Below the pieces are notes generated by a model. The model ran no database searches and was not told the DNA's origin. It saw nothing but the letters and a program-made list of their open reading frames with translations. This document shows, one piece after another, positions 19,961 to 28,903 of a DNA stretch of 64,000 nucleotides. The stretch covers positions 24,448 through 88,447 of the forward strand of contig JALWQH010000052.1 in NCBI GenBank assembly GCA_027083135.1, written 5' to 3'. Each line of letters starts with the position of its first letter. The first letter of the stretch is position 1. The stretch is from Desulfurococcales archaeon (GTDB taxonomy: Archaea > Thermoproteota > Thermoprotei_A > Sulfolobales > WAQK01). A program made the position numbers and the translations under genes.

Positions 19961-20863
19961 TTGGACAGCAAGGTTCTCGAGAAATACATTGAGGCTGGGA
20001 GAATAGCCTCAAGGGTGAGGGATGAAGCCCACCGTTACGTTAGGCCTGGAGCCAGGCTTCTAGACGTATGTGAGGCCATTGAGAACAGGATAAGGGATAT
20101 GGGGGGGCAGCCTGCCTTCCCATGCAACATATCGGTAAACGAGGTCGCAGCGCATTATTCCCCGCTGCCGATGGATAACTCCACTATTCCTCCAGGAGCA
20201 GTGGTTAAGATAGACCTAGGAGTTCATGTAGACGGCTATATCGCTGATACTGCTAGGACAGTTGTTCTAAGCCCGAGATACGAGGATCTAGCCGAGGCTT
20301 CCCGCAGAGCATTGAATAGGGCCTTAGAGATGGTTTCAGACGGGGTGAGATTCAGGGATGTCGGCAGGGTTATAGAGGAAACCATAAAGTCAATGGGTTT
20401 CAAACCCATACGCAACCTCACAGGCCACAGCCTGGATAGGTATATCATTCATGCTGGTGAATCGATACCCAACGTATATGAGAGGCTTGTGATGGGGAGG
20501 TTCCGTGCAGGAAGGGCTTACGCCATAGAGCCCTTCGCAACTAATGGCCTGGGATTCGTGGTTAACGACAGGTATGTGGGCATATATTCTCTGGCCAAGG
20601 CTAGGGTTAAAGGAGTGTCAAGCTTTGATAGAGAGGTATTCGAGGCTGTGAAAAACAGGTTTAGAACCCTGCCATTCACTCCTAGATGGCTTCTGGATCT
20701 CGGTGAACCACGAGATGTTGTGAGGAGTGTTGAGAGGCTTGCCTCTAGGAAGGCTTTCCACAGGTATCCAATACTGGTTGAGGCTGGGGGAGGAATGGTT
20801 GCTCAGTTCGAGCATACATTAGTGGTTCTGAGAGATGAGGTTATAATAACCACGAAATCCTGA
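19961..20863 (+). CDS. map: Methionine aminopeptidase type II
   Basis: AFPCNIS, AAHYSP, DLGVHVDGYIADTA, GHS, AIEPF, AQFEHT. Confidence 0.96.
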   Translation: MDSKVLEKYIEAGRIASRVRDEAHRYVRPGARLLDVCEAIENRIRDMGGQPAFPCNISVNEVAAHYSPLPMDNSTIPPGAVVKIDLGVHVDGYIADTARTVVLSPRYEDLAEASRRALNRALEMVSDGVRFRDVGRVIEETIKSMGFKPIRNLTGHSLDRYIIHAGESIPNVYERLVMGRFRAGRAYAIEPFATNGLGFVVNDRYVGIYSLAKARVKGVSSFDREVFEAVKNRFRTLPFTPRWLLDLGEPRDVVRSVERLASRKAFHRYPILVEAGGGMVAQFEHTLVVLRDEVIITTKS

Positions 20864-20910
20864 TTAACCGGGGTATACGGGTTAGCCTTAGGGAAAGTAG
20901 GGTGTAGCAT

Positions 20911-22008
20911 GTGCCGGCAGGAGCCGCTGACTGGATAACGGCTATATCGAACCTGGCCTTCATGATCATATTCCTCCTCATATTCCTTGGATTCAACCAG
21001 AAGTTCCAGGTTTACATATGGGGGAGGAATATCAGGGCCAGGCTAGCCATACTTGAACGCTACGCTAAGGAGTCGCGGGAGAAGGCTGAAAAAATGTTCA
21101 GCCAGGCTGGAGCAGAGAAGCCTAAGGAGGCTATGGATAAACTTGTAGAATACTTTGTGATAGAGCCTGTATCACTGGAGCCTACGGATATTATTAGGAG
21201 ACTTGAACATGTCCTGAACATCAGGGAAAAGCGGTTTAAAGGCGTGGTGGAGCGCTTCGCCCCTAAGGCCTCGGAGGTTGAGCGGAGCATAATAGAGACT
21301 GCCGCTGAGATAAGCGCAGCCCTCAACTTCCTCTACAAGATTGTGAGACACTACCTCCTCTTCGGCGAGAAGACGAACAACTGGGTTCTAATAATGCAGC
21401 TTGAACTCATAATGCCGCAGCTTGTGAAGATGGCTGAAACGTACTTCAAAGCCATGGATACATTTATTGAGGGAAAGCCTGTTGGAGACGGGCTGGGCCC
21501 CCTAGTTGCATACCGCCTCATAGGGACAGGTAATGCTAGGAGCATAGCCGAGGACACTGTTATGGCTGAAATAGGCTTCGAGGGCCGCAAGCTAATAGTT
21601 GTTAAGGCTAAGGGGCCTGGAAGCAGTGTTGGGAAGCCAGGCGAGGCTGTTGCAAAGATTGCTGAGAGGCTTGGAGGAGACTTATCCATGATAATAACGG
21701 TTGATGCTGCCCTTAAGCTCGAGGGAGAGGAGACTGGAAGCATAGCTGAGGGCAGTGGGGCCGCAATAGGTGATCCCGGGCCTGAGAAAATAAAAATCGA
21801 GAGGGCTGCAGCCAGGTATAATATCCCTCTAAGAGCCATAGTGGTTAAGATGGCTATGGAGGAAGCCATCCAGGAGATGAAGGAGGAGGTTGTGAAGGCT
21901 GCTGACAAGGTTGTAGACATGATCAAGGACATAATATTAAGTGAGACCAGGGAAGGCGACAGGATATTGATAGCGGGAATAGGCAACACTATTGGAATAG
22001 CTCAGTGA
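20911..22008 (+). CDS. DUF1512-family membrane protein
   Basis: N-terminal TM, PVGDGLGP, VDAALKLEGEETG, GIGNTIGIAQ end. Confidence 0.8.
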   Translation: MPAGAADWITAISNLAFMIIFLLIFLGFNQKFQVYIWGRNIRARLAILERYAKESREKAEKMFSQAGAEKPKEAMDKLVEYFVIEPVSLEPTDIIRRLEHVLNIREKRFKGVVERFAPKASEVERSIIETAAEISAALNFLYKIVRHYLLFGEKTNNWVLIMQLELIMPQLVKMAETYFKAMDTFIEGKPVGDGLGPLVAYRLIGTGNARSIAEDTVMAEIGFEGRKLIVVKAKGPGSSVGKPGEAVAKIAERLGGDLSMIITVDAALKLEGEETGSIAEGSGAAIGDPGPEKIKIERAAARYNIPLRAIVVKMAMEEAIQEMKEEVVKAADKVVDMIKDIILSETREGDRILIAGIGNTIGIAQ

Positions 22009-22009
22009 G

Positions 22010-22309
22010 GTGACAGTGATGGGGGGGCAGGATGCATGGTGGTTCATGAGCCTCCTTGCACTCATATTCCTCGCTGCCGCGAGCCTCACACCCCTTCTAA
22101 CACCGAGAAAGAAGGAGGAAAAATGGAAGAGTATAACGAGGGTTAAATGCATGTCATGCGGCTACACTGAGGAGAGAGACTTCACCAAGGGAGACTATGT
22201 GGGTAAAATAGTTGGTAAGTGCCCTAAATGCGGAGGACAGCTAGTAGTTGATGCGATATTCAGGCGTAAGGAGGAGCCCTCTAAGGCTGACAGGCAAGGC
22301 AAGCTTTAA
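22010..22309 (+). CDS. Small membrane-anchored zinc-ribbon protein
   Basis: TM helix then CMSCG and CPKCG; 1 bp downstream of the DUF1512 gene. Confidence 0.75.
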   Translation: MTVMGGQDAWWFMSLLALIFLAAASLTPLLTPRKKEEKWKSITRVKCMSCGYTEERDFTKGDYVGKIVGKCPKCGGQLVVDAIFRRKEEPSKADRQGKL

Positions 22310-22312
22310 TAA
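22305..22312 (+). promoter_or_regulatory. Probable TATA box of the 5S rRNA gene
   Basis: TTTAATAA about 25 nt upstream of the 5S 5' end, preceded by a purine-rich BRE-like stretch. Confidence 0.55.
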
Positions 22313-22336
22313 CCATACAGCATTCCAGAGGATTTC

Positions 22337-22464
22337 GGCCCGACCCGGCCATAGCGGCCGGGCAACACCCGGACTCGTATCGATCCCGGAAGTTAAGCCG
22401 GCCGCGTTGGGGCTCCCCGTATGGTCCGAGAGGCCATGCAGGGGCCCCAAGCCGGGATCGGGCC
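22337..22464 (+). rRNA. rrf: 5S rRNA (stand-alone)
   Basis: GGCCCGA/TCGGGCC terminal helix, CCATAGCGGCCGGG..ACACCCGGACTC..CCCGGAAGTTAAGCCGGCCGCG crenarchaeal 5S pattern. Confidence 0.95.
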
Positions 22465-22514
22465 ACAAAGCCGTTATCCACGCCTTAAAGATCAGCTTCC
22501 TATAGGAGTAGGCT

Positions 22515-23453
22515 TCACTGCCATGAAGATGATAGTTCTATCATTTTCTCCAGCAGCATTACTCCGTTCTGCATGCTCACCTTTATTGATTCTGGGCTCC
22601 AAGGCGAGCCTGTTAGGCCGCTATCAGATATTACAGCTATTTTTATGAATGGTATGCCTAGCCTGTAGCATGTTAGGCCGAAGCCGTAGGCCTCCATCTC
22701 CTCAGCATCTGTTCCAAGCTCCTCATGTATTCTTTCAATATAGGTGCTGTTAGCAGTCCATATGTCGGCTGAGGCTATGGTTCCGTTAAGCCATACTTTA
22801 GGCTTGTATGGCTTCTTTGATCCTATTAGATCTGCTGGTGTTTCTGGAAGCTTTATGGCCTCTGCGGCTCTTGAAGCTAGGCTTAATAGTTTTGCTGAGC
22901 AGTTGAGGTATAGGAATTTCATCCAAGTGGTGTTTGGAAACGTTATGCCTAGCCTCATGTATCTCCACTTAGTATAGCTTGTATACATCCTGTTGCCATA
23001 GGGAATTATTCTAGCAGCAACTATGACGTCGCCTGTATCATGGTTAAATGCGTGGCTTCCAGAAGTACCTATATCGACAAACCATGTCACATTGAATAGA
23101 ATGTGAGTCGCCTCCACAGCTCCTGCAGCAGCCTCCTCCCCTATTCCTGAGATAACCAGTACTACAGGCTTGCCCGCCATTATACCAGTAGTGAAATTGT
23201 AGCCGAGGGCTGCGAAACTCCTCTTATTAGTAATCCTGCTTAGAACATATTTTGCCTCAGAGGGCATGGCTACAAGGATGCCTACTCTAGGAGTATTATC
23301 GTAGAGTGCCACGAATTCTGCATTGCCTCCCAGCACCTTCTCGGCGCCCCTAGTGTTCACGCCGTACTTGTAGCCTGCATAGAAGAAGCCTATAACAATA
23401 ACCACTATAAATAGGGATAAATAGAGCCTCCTACCCCTCACATCCCCCACCAT
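22515..23453 (-). CDS. MTA/SAH nucleosidase (PNP/UDP family) with N-terminal membrane anchor
   Basis: ILVAMPSE, SGIG, IGTSG, EEMEA, VISD motifs; N-terminal hydrophobic helix LYLSLFIVVIVIGFFYAGY. Confidence 0.8.
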   Translation of the reverse strand: MVGDVRGRRLYLSLFIVVIVIGFFYAGYKYGVNTRGAEKVLGGNAEFVALYDNTPRVGILVAMPSEAKYVLSRITNKRSFAALGYNFTTGIMAGKPVVLVISGIGEEAAAGAVEATHILFNVTWFVDIGTSGSHAFNHDTGDVIVAARIIPYGNRMYTSYTKWRYMRLGITFPNTTWMKFLYLNCSAKLLSLASRAAEAIKLPETPADLIGSKKPYKPKVWLNGTIASADIWTANSTYIERIHEELGTDAEEMEAYGFGLTCYRLGIPFIKIAVISDSGLTGSPWSPESIKVSMQNGVMLLEKMIELSSSWQ

Positions 23454-23591
23454 GCTTCACACTTAACACACATATAATTAAAGATTACTTTGAATACATG
23501 TTTAAAATTTACATATATGATTAAACATCCATACCAGCCGTTGGGGTAAGATATTATTCCGTGGGGCTTACAGTGTGACTGGCGCTGGACT

Positions 23592-25175
23592 TTGAGGGTT
23601 GTAGGCCTAGTTAATGGGAGAATATACATATCATATAGGCCGCTTAGAAAGGCTGAGGGGCTGGTCTTCTCCTCGGGGAGAATACTGTATGTAGGCTCAT
23701 CTGAGAAGGCCGGAGATATTGCGAGGAGCCTTGGAGGAGTTGTAAGGGATCTTGAGGGCAGGGTGGTTACGCCTGGCTTCATAGATGTGCATATGCATGC
23801 TGATGGCCTAGGCCTAGCCTTAAGATCACTGGATCTCAGGGGTGTTCGCTCCATAGCTGAGCTAAGGGAGAGGCTTAGAAAATATTATGAGGAGCATGGC
23901 GAGGCATCCTGGATTATTGGCAGAGGCTGGGATCAAGAGTTATTCGCTGAGAAAAGGTGGCCTACCCGCTGGGATCTAGATGACATTGCTCCAGACAAGC
24001 CTGTCCTGCTTGTCAGGGTATGCGGGCATGCAGCCGTAGCTAATACTAAGGCCCTAGAGGCTGCAGGACTACTCGAGAATCCTCCAGGCGACCTCGTGTT
24101 TAGGCGGGATGAGGAGGGCAGGCTTACAGGCCTAGTCGTAGAGCATGGTGTAGGATACTTGAGATCCAAGGTTGAATTCACTGATGAAGAGGCTGAGAGA
24201 ATGCTGGAGGAGGCGATGATGCATGCAGCCTCTCTTGGAGTCACAACCCTCGGCTTTGTTTCCTGTAGTCCTAGGATGCTGGGCCTGCTTGAGAAGATTA
24301 GGCTTAGGCTAGGCAGACTGCCTGTGAGGATTAGAGTATACCTCTCCAAGGATGCTGTCGAACCGCTCCTGAAGCTGGGTTTGAGGAGGGGGTTAGGCGG
24401 CCCATACCTTAAGATCATGGGGGTAAAGCTTTTCACTGATGGATCCCTGGGCGCCAGAACGGCCCTGCTCTCAGAGCCATACGAGGATGATCCTGCAACG
24501 AGCGGTGTAGCTGTAGTAGGAGAAGAGGAGCTTGAAAGCCTAGTAGAGAGGATTAGCAGGGCGGGCCTACAGCTAGCCGTACACGCCATAGGAGATAAGG
24601 CCGTTGACATGGTTCTTAAAGCCTACTCAAAACTGGGGGAAGGAGTTGTTAGGATGCGTCACAGAGTGGAGCATGCCTCCATACTGAGGCCAGAGCAGGT
24701 TAAACTCATGGCGGAGCTGGGAGCAGCCGCAGCGGTGCAGCCCCGCTTCGCAGTATCCGACTGGTGGGCTGTGCAGAGGCTGGGGGAGAGGAGAGCAGCC
24801 TGGATATACCCCTTCAAAACCATGCTTAAGGCAGGCATACCCCTAGGATTCTCAACGGATGCTCCTGTAGAGCCCCTTAACCCATGGGAAACAATCTATG
24901 CTGCTGTAACCAGAGGCGAGGCTGAGGGCGTAGAGCTAGCATCACTTACACCTCAGGAGAAACTGGAGATAGGTGAGGCGCTTGACGCCTACACTAGGGG
25001 ATCAGCCTACCTCCTCCACGAGGAAGACATGATTGGAGAATTAAGGCCAGGCATGTATGCCGACCTCGTAGTGCTGGATAAAGACCCCTTCGAGGTGGAT
25101 GCAAATGAGCTTAGAAGAATCAAAGTGCTGGAAACAGTGGTGGGAGGAGAAACCGTGTACAGAATTAATGGTTGA
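23592..25175 (+). CDS. Amidohydrolase (YtcJ/amidohydrolase 3 family)
   Basis: PGFIDVHMH, VCGH, KLFTDGSLGART, HAIGDKA, RVEHAS, FSTDAP. Confidence 0.92.
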   Translation: MRVVGLVNGRIYISYRPLRKAEGLVFSSGRILYVGSSEKAGDIARSLGGVVRDLEGRVVTPGFIDVHMHADGLGLALRSLDLRGVRSIAELRERLRKYYEEHGEASWIIGRGWDQELFAEKRWPTRWDLDDIAPDKPVLLVRVCGHAAVANTKALEAAGLLENPPGDLVFRRDEEGRLTGLVVEHGVGYLRSKVEFTDEEAERMLEEAMMHAASLGVTTLGFVSCSPRMLGLLEKIRLRLGRLPVRIRVYLSKDAVEPLLKLGLRRGLGGPYLKIMGVKLFTDGSLGARTALLSEPYEDDPATSGVAVVGEEELESLVERISRAGLQLAVHAIGDKAVDMVLKAYSKLGEGVVRMRHRVEHASILRPEQVKLMAELGAAAAVQPRFAVSDWWAVQRLGERRAAWIYPFKTMLKAGIPLGFSTDAPVEPLNPWETIYAAVTRGEAEGVELASLTPQEKLEIGEALDAYTRGSAYLLHEEDMIGELRPGMYADLVVLDKDPFEVDANELRRIKVLETVVGGETVYRING

Positions 25176-25378
25176 ATATTATCCTGCCACTATTTCTGAT
25201 AATGGTTTTCTCTAAGTACATGGATTCTCATACTTCTCACAGGCATCGTGGACTGCATCGAAGGAGACAAGGGTATTCAGCTCCTAAGAAGCAATAATCA
25301 CGGGGAGATCAAGGGTTCAGTCGAATAACATATGAAGTCTTCCAGGGATCCCATAACTTTAGGGCATGGAGATGTTAG

Positions 25379-25423
25379 GTTTGCTTGGTGGGGCCGCGGG
25401 GATTTGAACCCCGGACCACGGGG
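25379..25423 (-). repeat. att-like 45-bp direct repeat (3' part of tRNA-Pro plus 7 nt beyond CCA)
   Basis: GTTTGCTTGGTGGGGCCGCGGGGATTTGAACCCCGGACCACGGGG identical to 26637-26681. Confidence 0.92.
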
Positions 25424-25566
25424 CTCCAGCAATATGCCAGGTTCTATTCAGCAGGCATATAGCTGATATGCCAAGTTAGTAAAGTGATGTTCAACTAGTG
25501 TTGTCAAGTCAGCTATTAGCTAAAACTTGATATGCCACGACATGGCATTTATTATCATGGGTACGT

Positions 25567-25968
25567 CTATGTAGTTCTGCTATGGGGTTGTCTCTCTATC
25601 TTCTCTTTTACGTACTTTAGCGCTTCCTTAAATGCTTCTTCAATTTCTCCAGGATAATGGTATGGCTTTACTATATGATCGTGTTTTTCGTGGAAGTGAT
25701 GAGGAAAAGTTGATATATGTCTATGTGCTTCATGTGGTGTATTATCCCATCGATATATGGTACCATCTATGTGACGCCTCTCCCAATGTATGGCGTATCT
25801 ATTAGGCAGTCTCCGCGAAATCCATACATCAATAAAGCTTTCATCGATGAAGTATATTCTTAATTTACCATACACTATCTCTGTATCAATAACTATTTCT
25901 GGATATAAGCTGATAGCAAGCTCTCTAAGCCTCTCAAGTATCTCATCCATATTATCGCTTTCACTCAC
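25567..25968 (-). CDS. Putative toxin, DUF6516/TumE-like
   Basis: KLRIYFIDESFIDV, YAIHWE, RWDNTPH..H..TFPHHFH motif recognised as DUF6516-like. Confidence 0.7.
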   Translation of the reverse strand: MSESDNMDEILERLRELAISLYPEIVIDTEIVYGKLRIYFIDESFIDVWISRRLPNRYAIHWERRHIDGTIYRWDNTPHEAHRHISTFPHHFHEKHDHIVKPYHYPGEIEEAFKEALKYVKEKIERQPHSRTT

Positions 25969-26261
25969 TCCCTTGTGCCCTCCAATTCCTCTAAAAGGTT
26001 CTTTAACTTCTCCTCTCGGTCAAGTAAGTAATCGAGACGAGTAAGATCCTCAAAGACCTTTGTTTCCTCTAGTTCTCCTCGCCTAATCTTCTCGTCAAGT
26101 TCTTCAATACTCGATACACCGTATCGAGCCATAATGAGTTTAGATTCCGACTTAACATGTCTAAGCTCGGATAAAATATACTGGCGTAACGCTTCTCTTT
26201 CTAGTACATCCTCTTCAACGCCAAGTATCTTAGATGCCCTTTTATATAATAGACTAGCCAA
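25965..26261 (-). CDS. Putative antitoxin (small helical protein, TumA-like)
   Basis: 4-bp overlap upstream of the toxin-like gene; RYGVSSIEELDEKIRRGEL..FED pattern. Confidence 0.6.
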   Translation of the reverse strand: MASLLYKRASKILGVEEDVLEREALRQYILSELRHVKSESKLIMARYGVSSIEELDEKIRRGELEETKVFEDLTRLDYLLDREEKLKNLLEELEGTRE

Positions 26262-26643
26262 TTCCTAGCACCATCGTCTCTAATTATACTTTAAGATGCC
26301 AGCCCTCATAATTCTAACGCTAAGACTTTAAACCCTAACGATGCAACACATTGTAATAATCCACTAATGTATTAAGCTTCTTCCACTATTACACTTATTG
26401 TCATGCTACTTATCTCGCTTGAGAACCCACCTATACCCTCTTTATCTCTGATTTTAATTTCTTCAATAAGCTCATAGAATTCTTTGAAAACATAACTATT
26501 CGAGCCTCCTCACTTTCCTAAGTCTGTTTTATTGGAAAATCAAGACACAAGAGTTCATGTGCGATACGCCAGTCTAAAAATGTAGTATGCCAGGTCACCT
26601 AGCATCGATTAGAAGTATGGAGAAGCAAGTATATGTGTTTGCT

Positions 26644-26721
26644 TGGTGGGGCCGCGGGGATTTGAACCCCGGACCACGGGGGCCCAAGCCCCGCATCCTG
26701 GCCAAGCTAGACGACGGCCCC
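26644..26721 (-). tRNA. tRNA-Pro(TGG), CCA encoded
   Basis: GGGGCCG/CGGCCCC acceptor stem, anticodon arm CGGGG-CT-TGG-GC-CCCCG, GGTTCAAATCC, ACCA. Confidence 0.96.
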
Positions 26722-26735
26722 CATAATCTCTGAGG

Positions 26736-27128
26736 TTACCGGGCTTGGTTTTTAGTGTTGCTGGTTTCCCTCCTATGCCTATGCTTATAGTATATGTGTA
26801 GCGCTAGGGCCAGTGGGCTGTTTAATCTTAGGCCGCAGATGGGGCACTGAGTCTGCTCTCCGATCTCCTCAAGTATCTCCTGGATCTCCTTTGGCTCAAC
26901 CTGCACTCCTTGAGGCTTGAGATCCGCTATATCTCCAGCTAGCTGCGATGTTCCTATTAGGTACCATTTCCTCTGTGTTCTAAGCTTTATCTCTTCTCCG
27001 GTGTATAGGTATATGACTATGTAGCTTCCCCTCGATCTATCTTCGAAGGACACATATTCGACGGGGATCCCTGCCTCTCTCAGCTCTCTTAGAAGCTCTG
27101 TGGCCATGGTGTCCCTATACGTGCTCAT
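26736..27128 (-). CDS. Hypothetical protein with C-terminal C2H2 zinc finger
   Basis: CPICGLRLNSPLALALHIYYKH; GGGTG-type RBS upstream. Confidence 0.7.
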   Translation of the reverse strand: MSTYRDTMATELLRELREAGIPVEYVSFEDRSRGSYIVIYLYTGEEIKLRTQRKWYLIGTSQLAGDIADLKPQGVQVEPKEIQEILEEIGEQTQCPICGLRLNSPLALALHIYYKHRHRRETSNTKNQAR

Positions 27129-27241
27129 AGCCTACACCCTGTTTCGGAGGCTGGGCTGAGGCTACGCATATATAAGTGCTGTGCTCCTAGAATAACTACC
27201 TTTTAATTTAGTGGGCCCTGCATTGTTCTCGGTGATATATT

Positions 27242-28321
27242 TTGCCTGCATACAGGGATAGGAGAATCAAGGTTATTGGAAAGGCAGGTGTTAATGCCCT
27301 GGTTATAGGGTATCCAGCTAACATGAGGTATCTTGTAGGAGTGGGGCTTGAGACCTATGAGAGGCCCTGCCTACTCCTGGCTAATAGGGATCACGCTATA
27401 TTGCTTGCCCCTGAACTAGAGGCTGAGAGAGCTCGGAAAGCCTCCGTTAACGACTTAATACTCTATGGAGATGACGATAATCCTTATCGAATAGTGGCTG
27501 AAGCCTTGGAGGACATGGTGCCCAGGAAAGGCGTGGTAGGCTTTGACGGATGGATGCCCCTTAAACACTATATACGTATAGTGGAGAACCTGGATGTGAG
27601 GACAGTCTTGGTGGATGAGGCGCTGTATAGTGTTAGAGAGGTTAAAGATGAGGAGGAGATAAGGATTCTACGCCGATCTGCTGATCTCCTACAGGAGATC
27701 TTTGAGCGCATTCCAGGATTATTGGAGAAGGGTATAAGTGAAGCAGATCTGGCATTTGAGCTTGCAAGAATTGCTGCTGGGAGGGGGGCAGAGGATGCCC
27801 ATGCACTCGTCCAGTTCGCTGAGAACTCAGCTATACCTCATCACACGTATTCTGCGAGAACTCTGAGGCAAGGTGAACTCGTGTTGGTTGACATGGTTCT
27901 AAGCCTGAATGGATACTACTCAGATATAACCAGGATGTTCAGCCTCGGAGAGCCTCCTAGAGAAGCCGTCAAAATAGCTAGAATAGTGGGTGAGGCTAAC
28001 AGGGCTGCACGGCTTAAAGCGTCACCAGGTGTTAAGGCAGGCATAGTTGACGAGGCGGCGCGCCGCGTGATAGATACGGCAGGATATGGGGATTATTTTA
28101 CTCATCGTACAGGCCATGGACTGGGATTAGAGGTTCATGAAAGACCCTTCATAGCCCCTGGAAGCAGCGTGGTCTTATCTGAGGGAATGGTATTCACAGT
28201 GGAGCCAGGAATATATCTGACAGGACGCTTCGGGGTTAGAATAGAGGATGACGTGGTGGTCACGGAAAATGGTGTAGAGGTTCTGACAGGCAGGTTGCCT
28301 AGGAAAATAATTGCTGTCTAG
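27242..28321 (+). CDS. pepQ: Xaa-Pro peptidase (M24B)
   Basis: AIPHH, YYSDITR, HRTGHGLGLEVHE, TVEPGIY, GVRIEDD. Confidence 0.9.
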   Translation: MPAYRDRRIKVIGKAGVNALVIGYPANMRYLVGVGLETYERPCLLLANRDHAILLAPELEAERARKASVNDLILYGDDDNPYRIVAEALEDMVPRKGVVGFDGWMPLKHYIRIVENLDVRTVLVDEALYSVREVKDEEEIRILRRSADLLQEIFERIPGLLEKGISEADLAFELARIAAGRGAEDAHALVQFAENSAIPHHTYSARTLRQGELVLVDMVLSLNGYYSDITRMFSLGEPPREAVKIARIVGEANRAARLKASPGVKAGIVDEAARRVIDTAGYGDYFTHRTGHGLGLEVHERPFIAPGSSVVLSEGMVFTVEPGIYLTGRFGVRIEDDVVVTENGVEVLTGRLPRKIIAV

Positions 28322-28884
28322 GAGCCTGGCCTGGCCCAGGGCTTCTTATTAAACATTATTTCAAGTGCTCTGAGAAAAGCATCCTCATCGTAGGCTTCAT
28401 CAATTCTCCAAGGCTGCGGTTCAACCCTATAGCCTATCCTACTCCAGAAATACTGCTTCACCTCGTCCTCAGGAGCTGTTATAAGCCACGAGAGTACTGA
28501 TAATTGTCTTCCAATGCTTTCCACTGAAGCCTCTCCGAATATCCGTAGAAAACCCAGCATTACTGAAGCATCTACGGGGGGCGGGGCTCTCAACCAGCTT
28601 CTAACCCAGAAGGTTTCATGAAGCCTGTGAACCCACATCTCCTTACCCTTCTTCACAGCAGGCCTTACAAAGGCCTCCCACAGTGCATCCTCAGCTACAT
28701 GTGCGAGAACCCCTCCAATATAATTCTCAGGTAGTTTGAAAGCCTCGTAGAATCCTCCCCCCACCAGGTACATCCTTCTATGAAGCACAGTCTTAGCAGG
28801 CTCCAAATCACAGGCAAAGGAGATTAAAGCATCTTTCTCACTCATAAATTTCTTTGTGAGAAGATAATGTAGGTATGTATGCAT
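28318..28884 (-). CDS. Hypothetical protein, possible zinc-dependent hydrolase
   Basis: N-terminal HTYLH, central DL and GVLAHVAED motifs like phospholipase C/P1 nuclease-fold metal ligands; co-oriented just downstream of GH18. Confidence 0.45.
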   Translation of the reverse strand: MHTYLHYLLTKKFMSEKDALISFACDLEPAKTVLHRRMYLVGGGFYEAFKLPENYIGGVLAHVAEDALWEAFVRPAVKKGKEMWVHRLHETFWVRSWLRAPPPVDASVMLGFLRIFGEASVESIGRQLSVLSWLITAPEDEVKQYFWSRIGYRVEPQPWRIDEAYDEDAFLRALEIMFNKKPWARPGS

Positions 28885-28903
28885 GAACCCTCAGCCTGTG
28901 CTT

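Larger units (their letters stand above)
25379..26681. mobile_element. Small tRNA-Pro-integrated island without integrase (1258 bp between repeat starts)
   Basis: Flanking 45-bp direct repeats; visibly AT-richer interior; carries a two-gene TA-like module. Confidence 0.8.

Noticed and set aside
22337-22464. 5S rRNA unlinked from 16S/23S
   Set aside because: Normal organisation in Crenarchaeota
22241-22648. Several short ORFs over the GC-rich stretch
   Set aside because: They overlap the 5S rRNA gene and are spurious
25379-25462. Possible integrase fragment or second tRNA-Pro
   Set aside because: Only the 3' part of the tRNA is present, the reading frame closes quickly, and no tyrosine-recombinase motif is seen
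26400-26560. Short minus-strand frame (VFKEFYELIEEIKIRDKRGYRWVLKRDK) inside the island
   Set aside because: Could be a pseudogene remnant, but no family is recognisable
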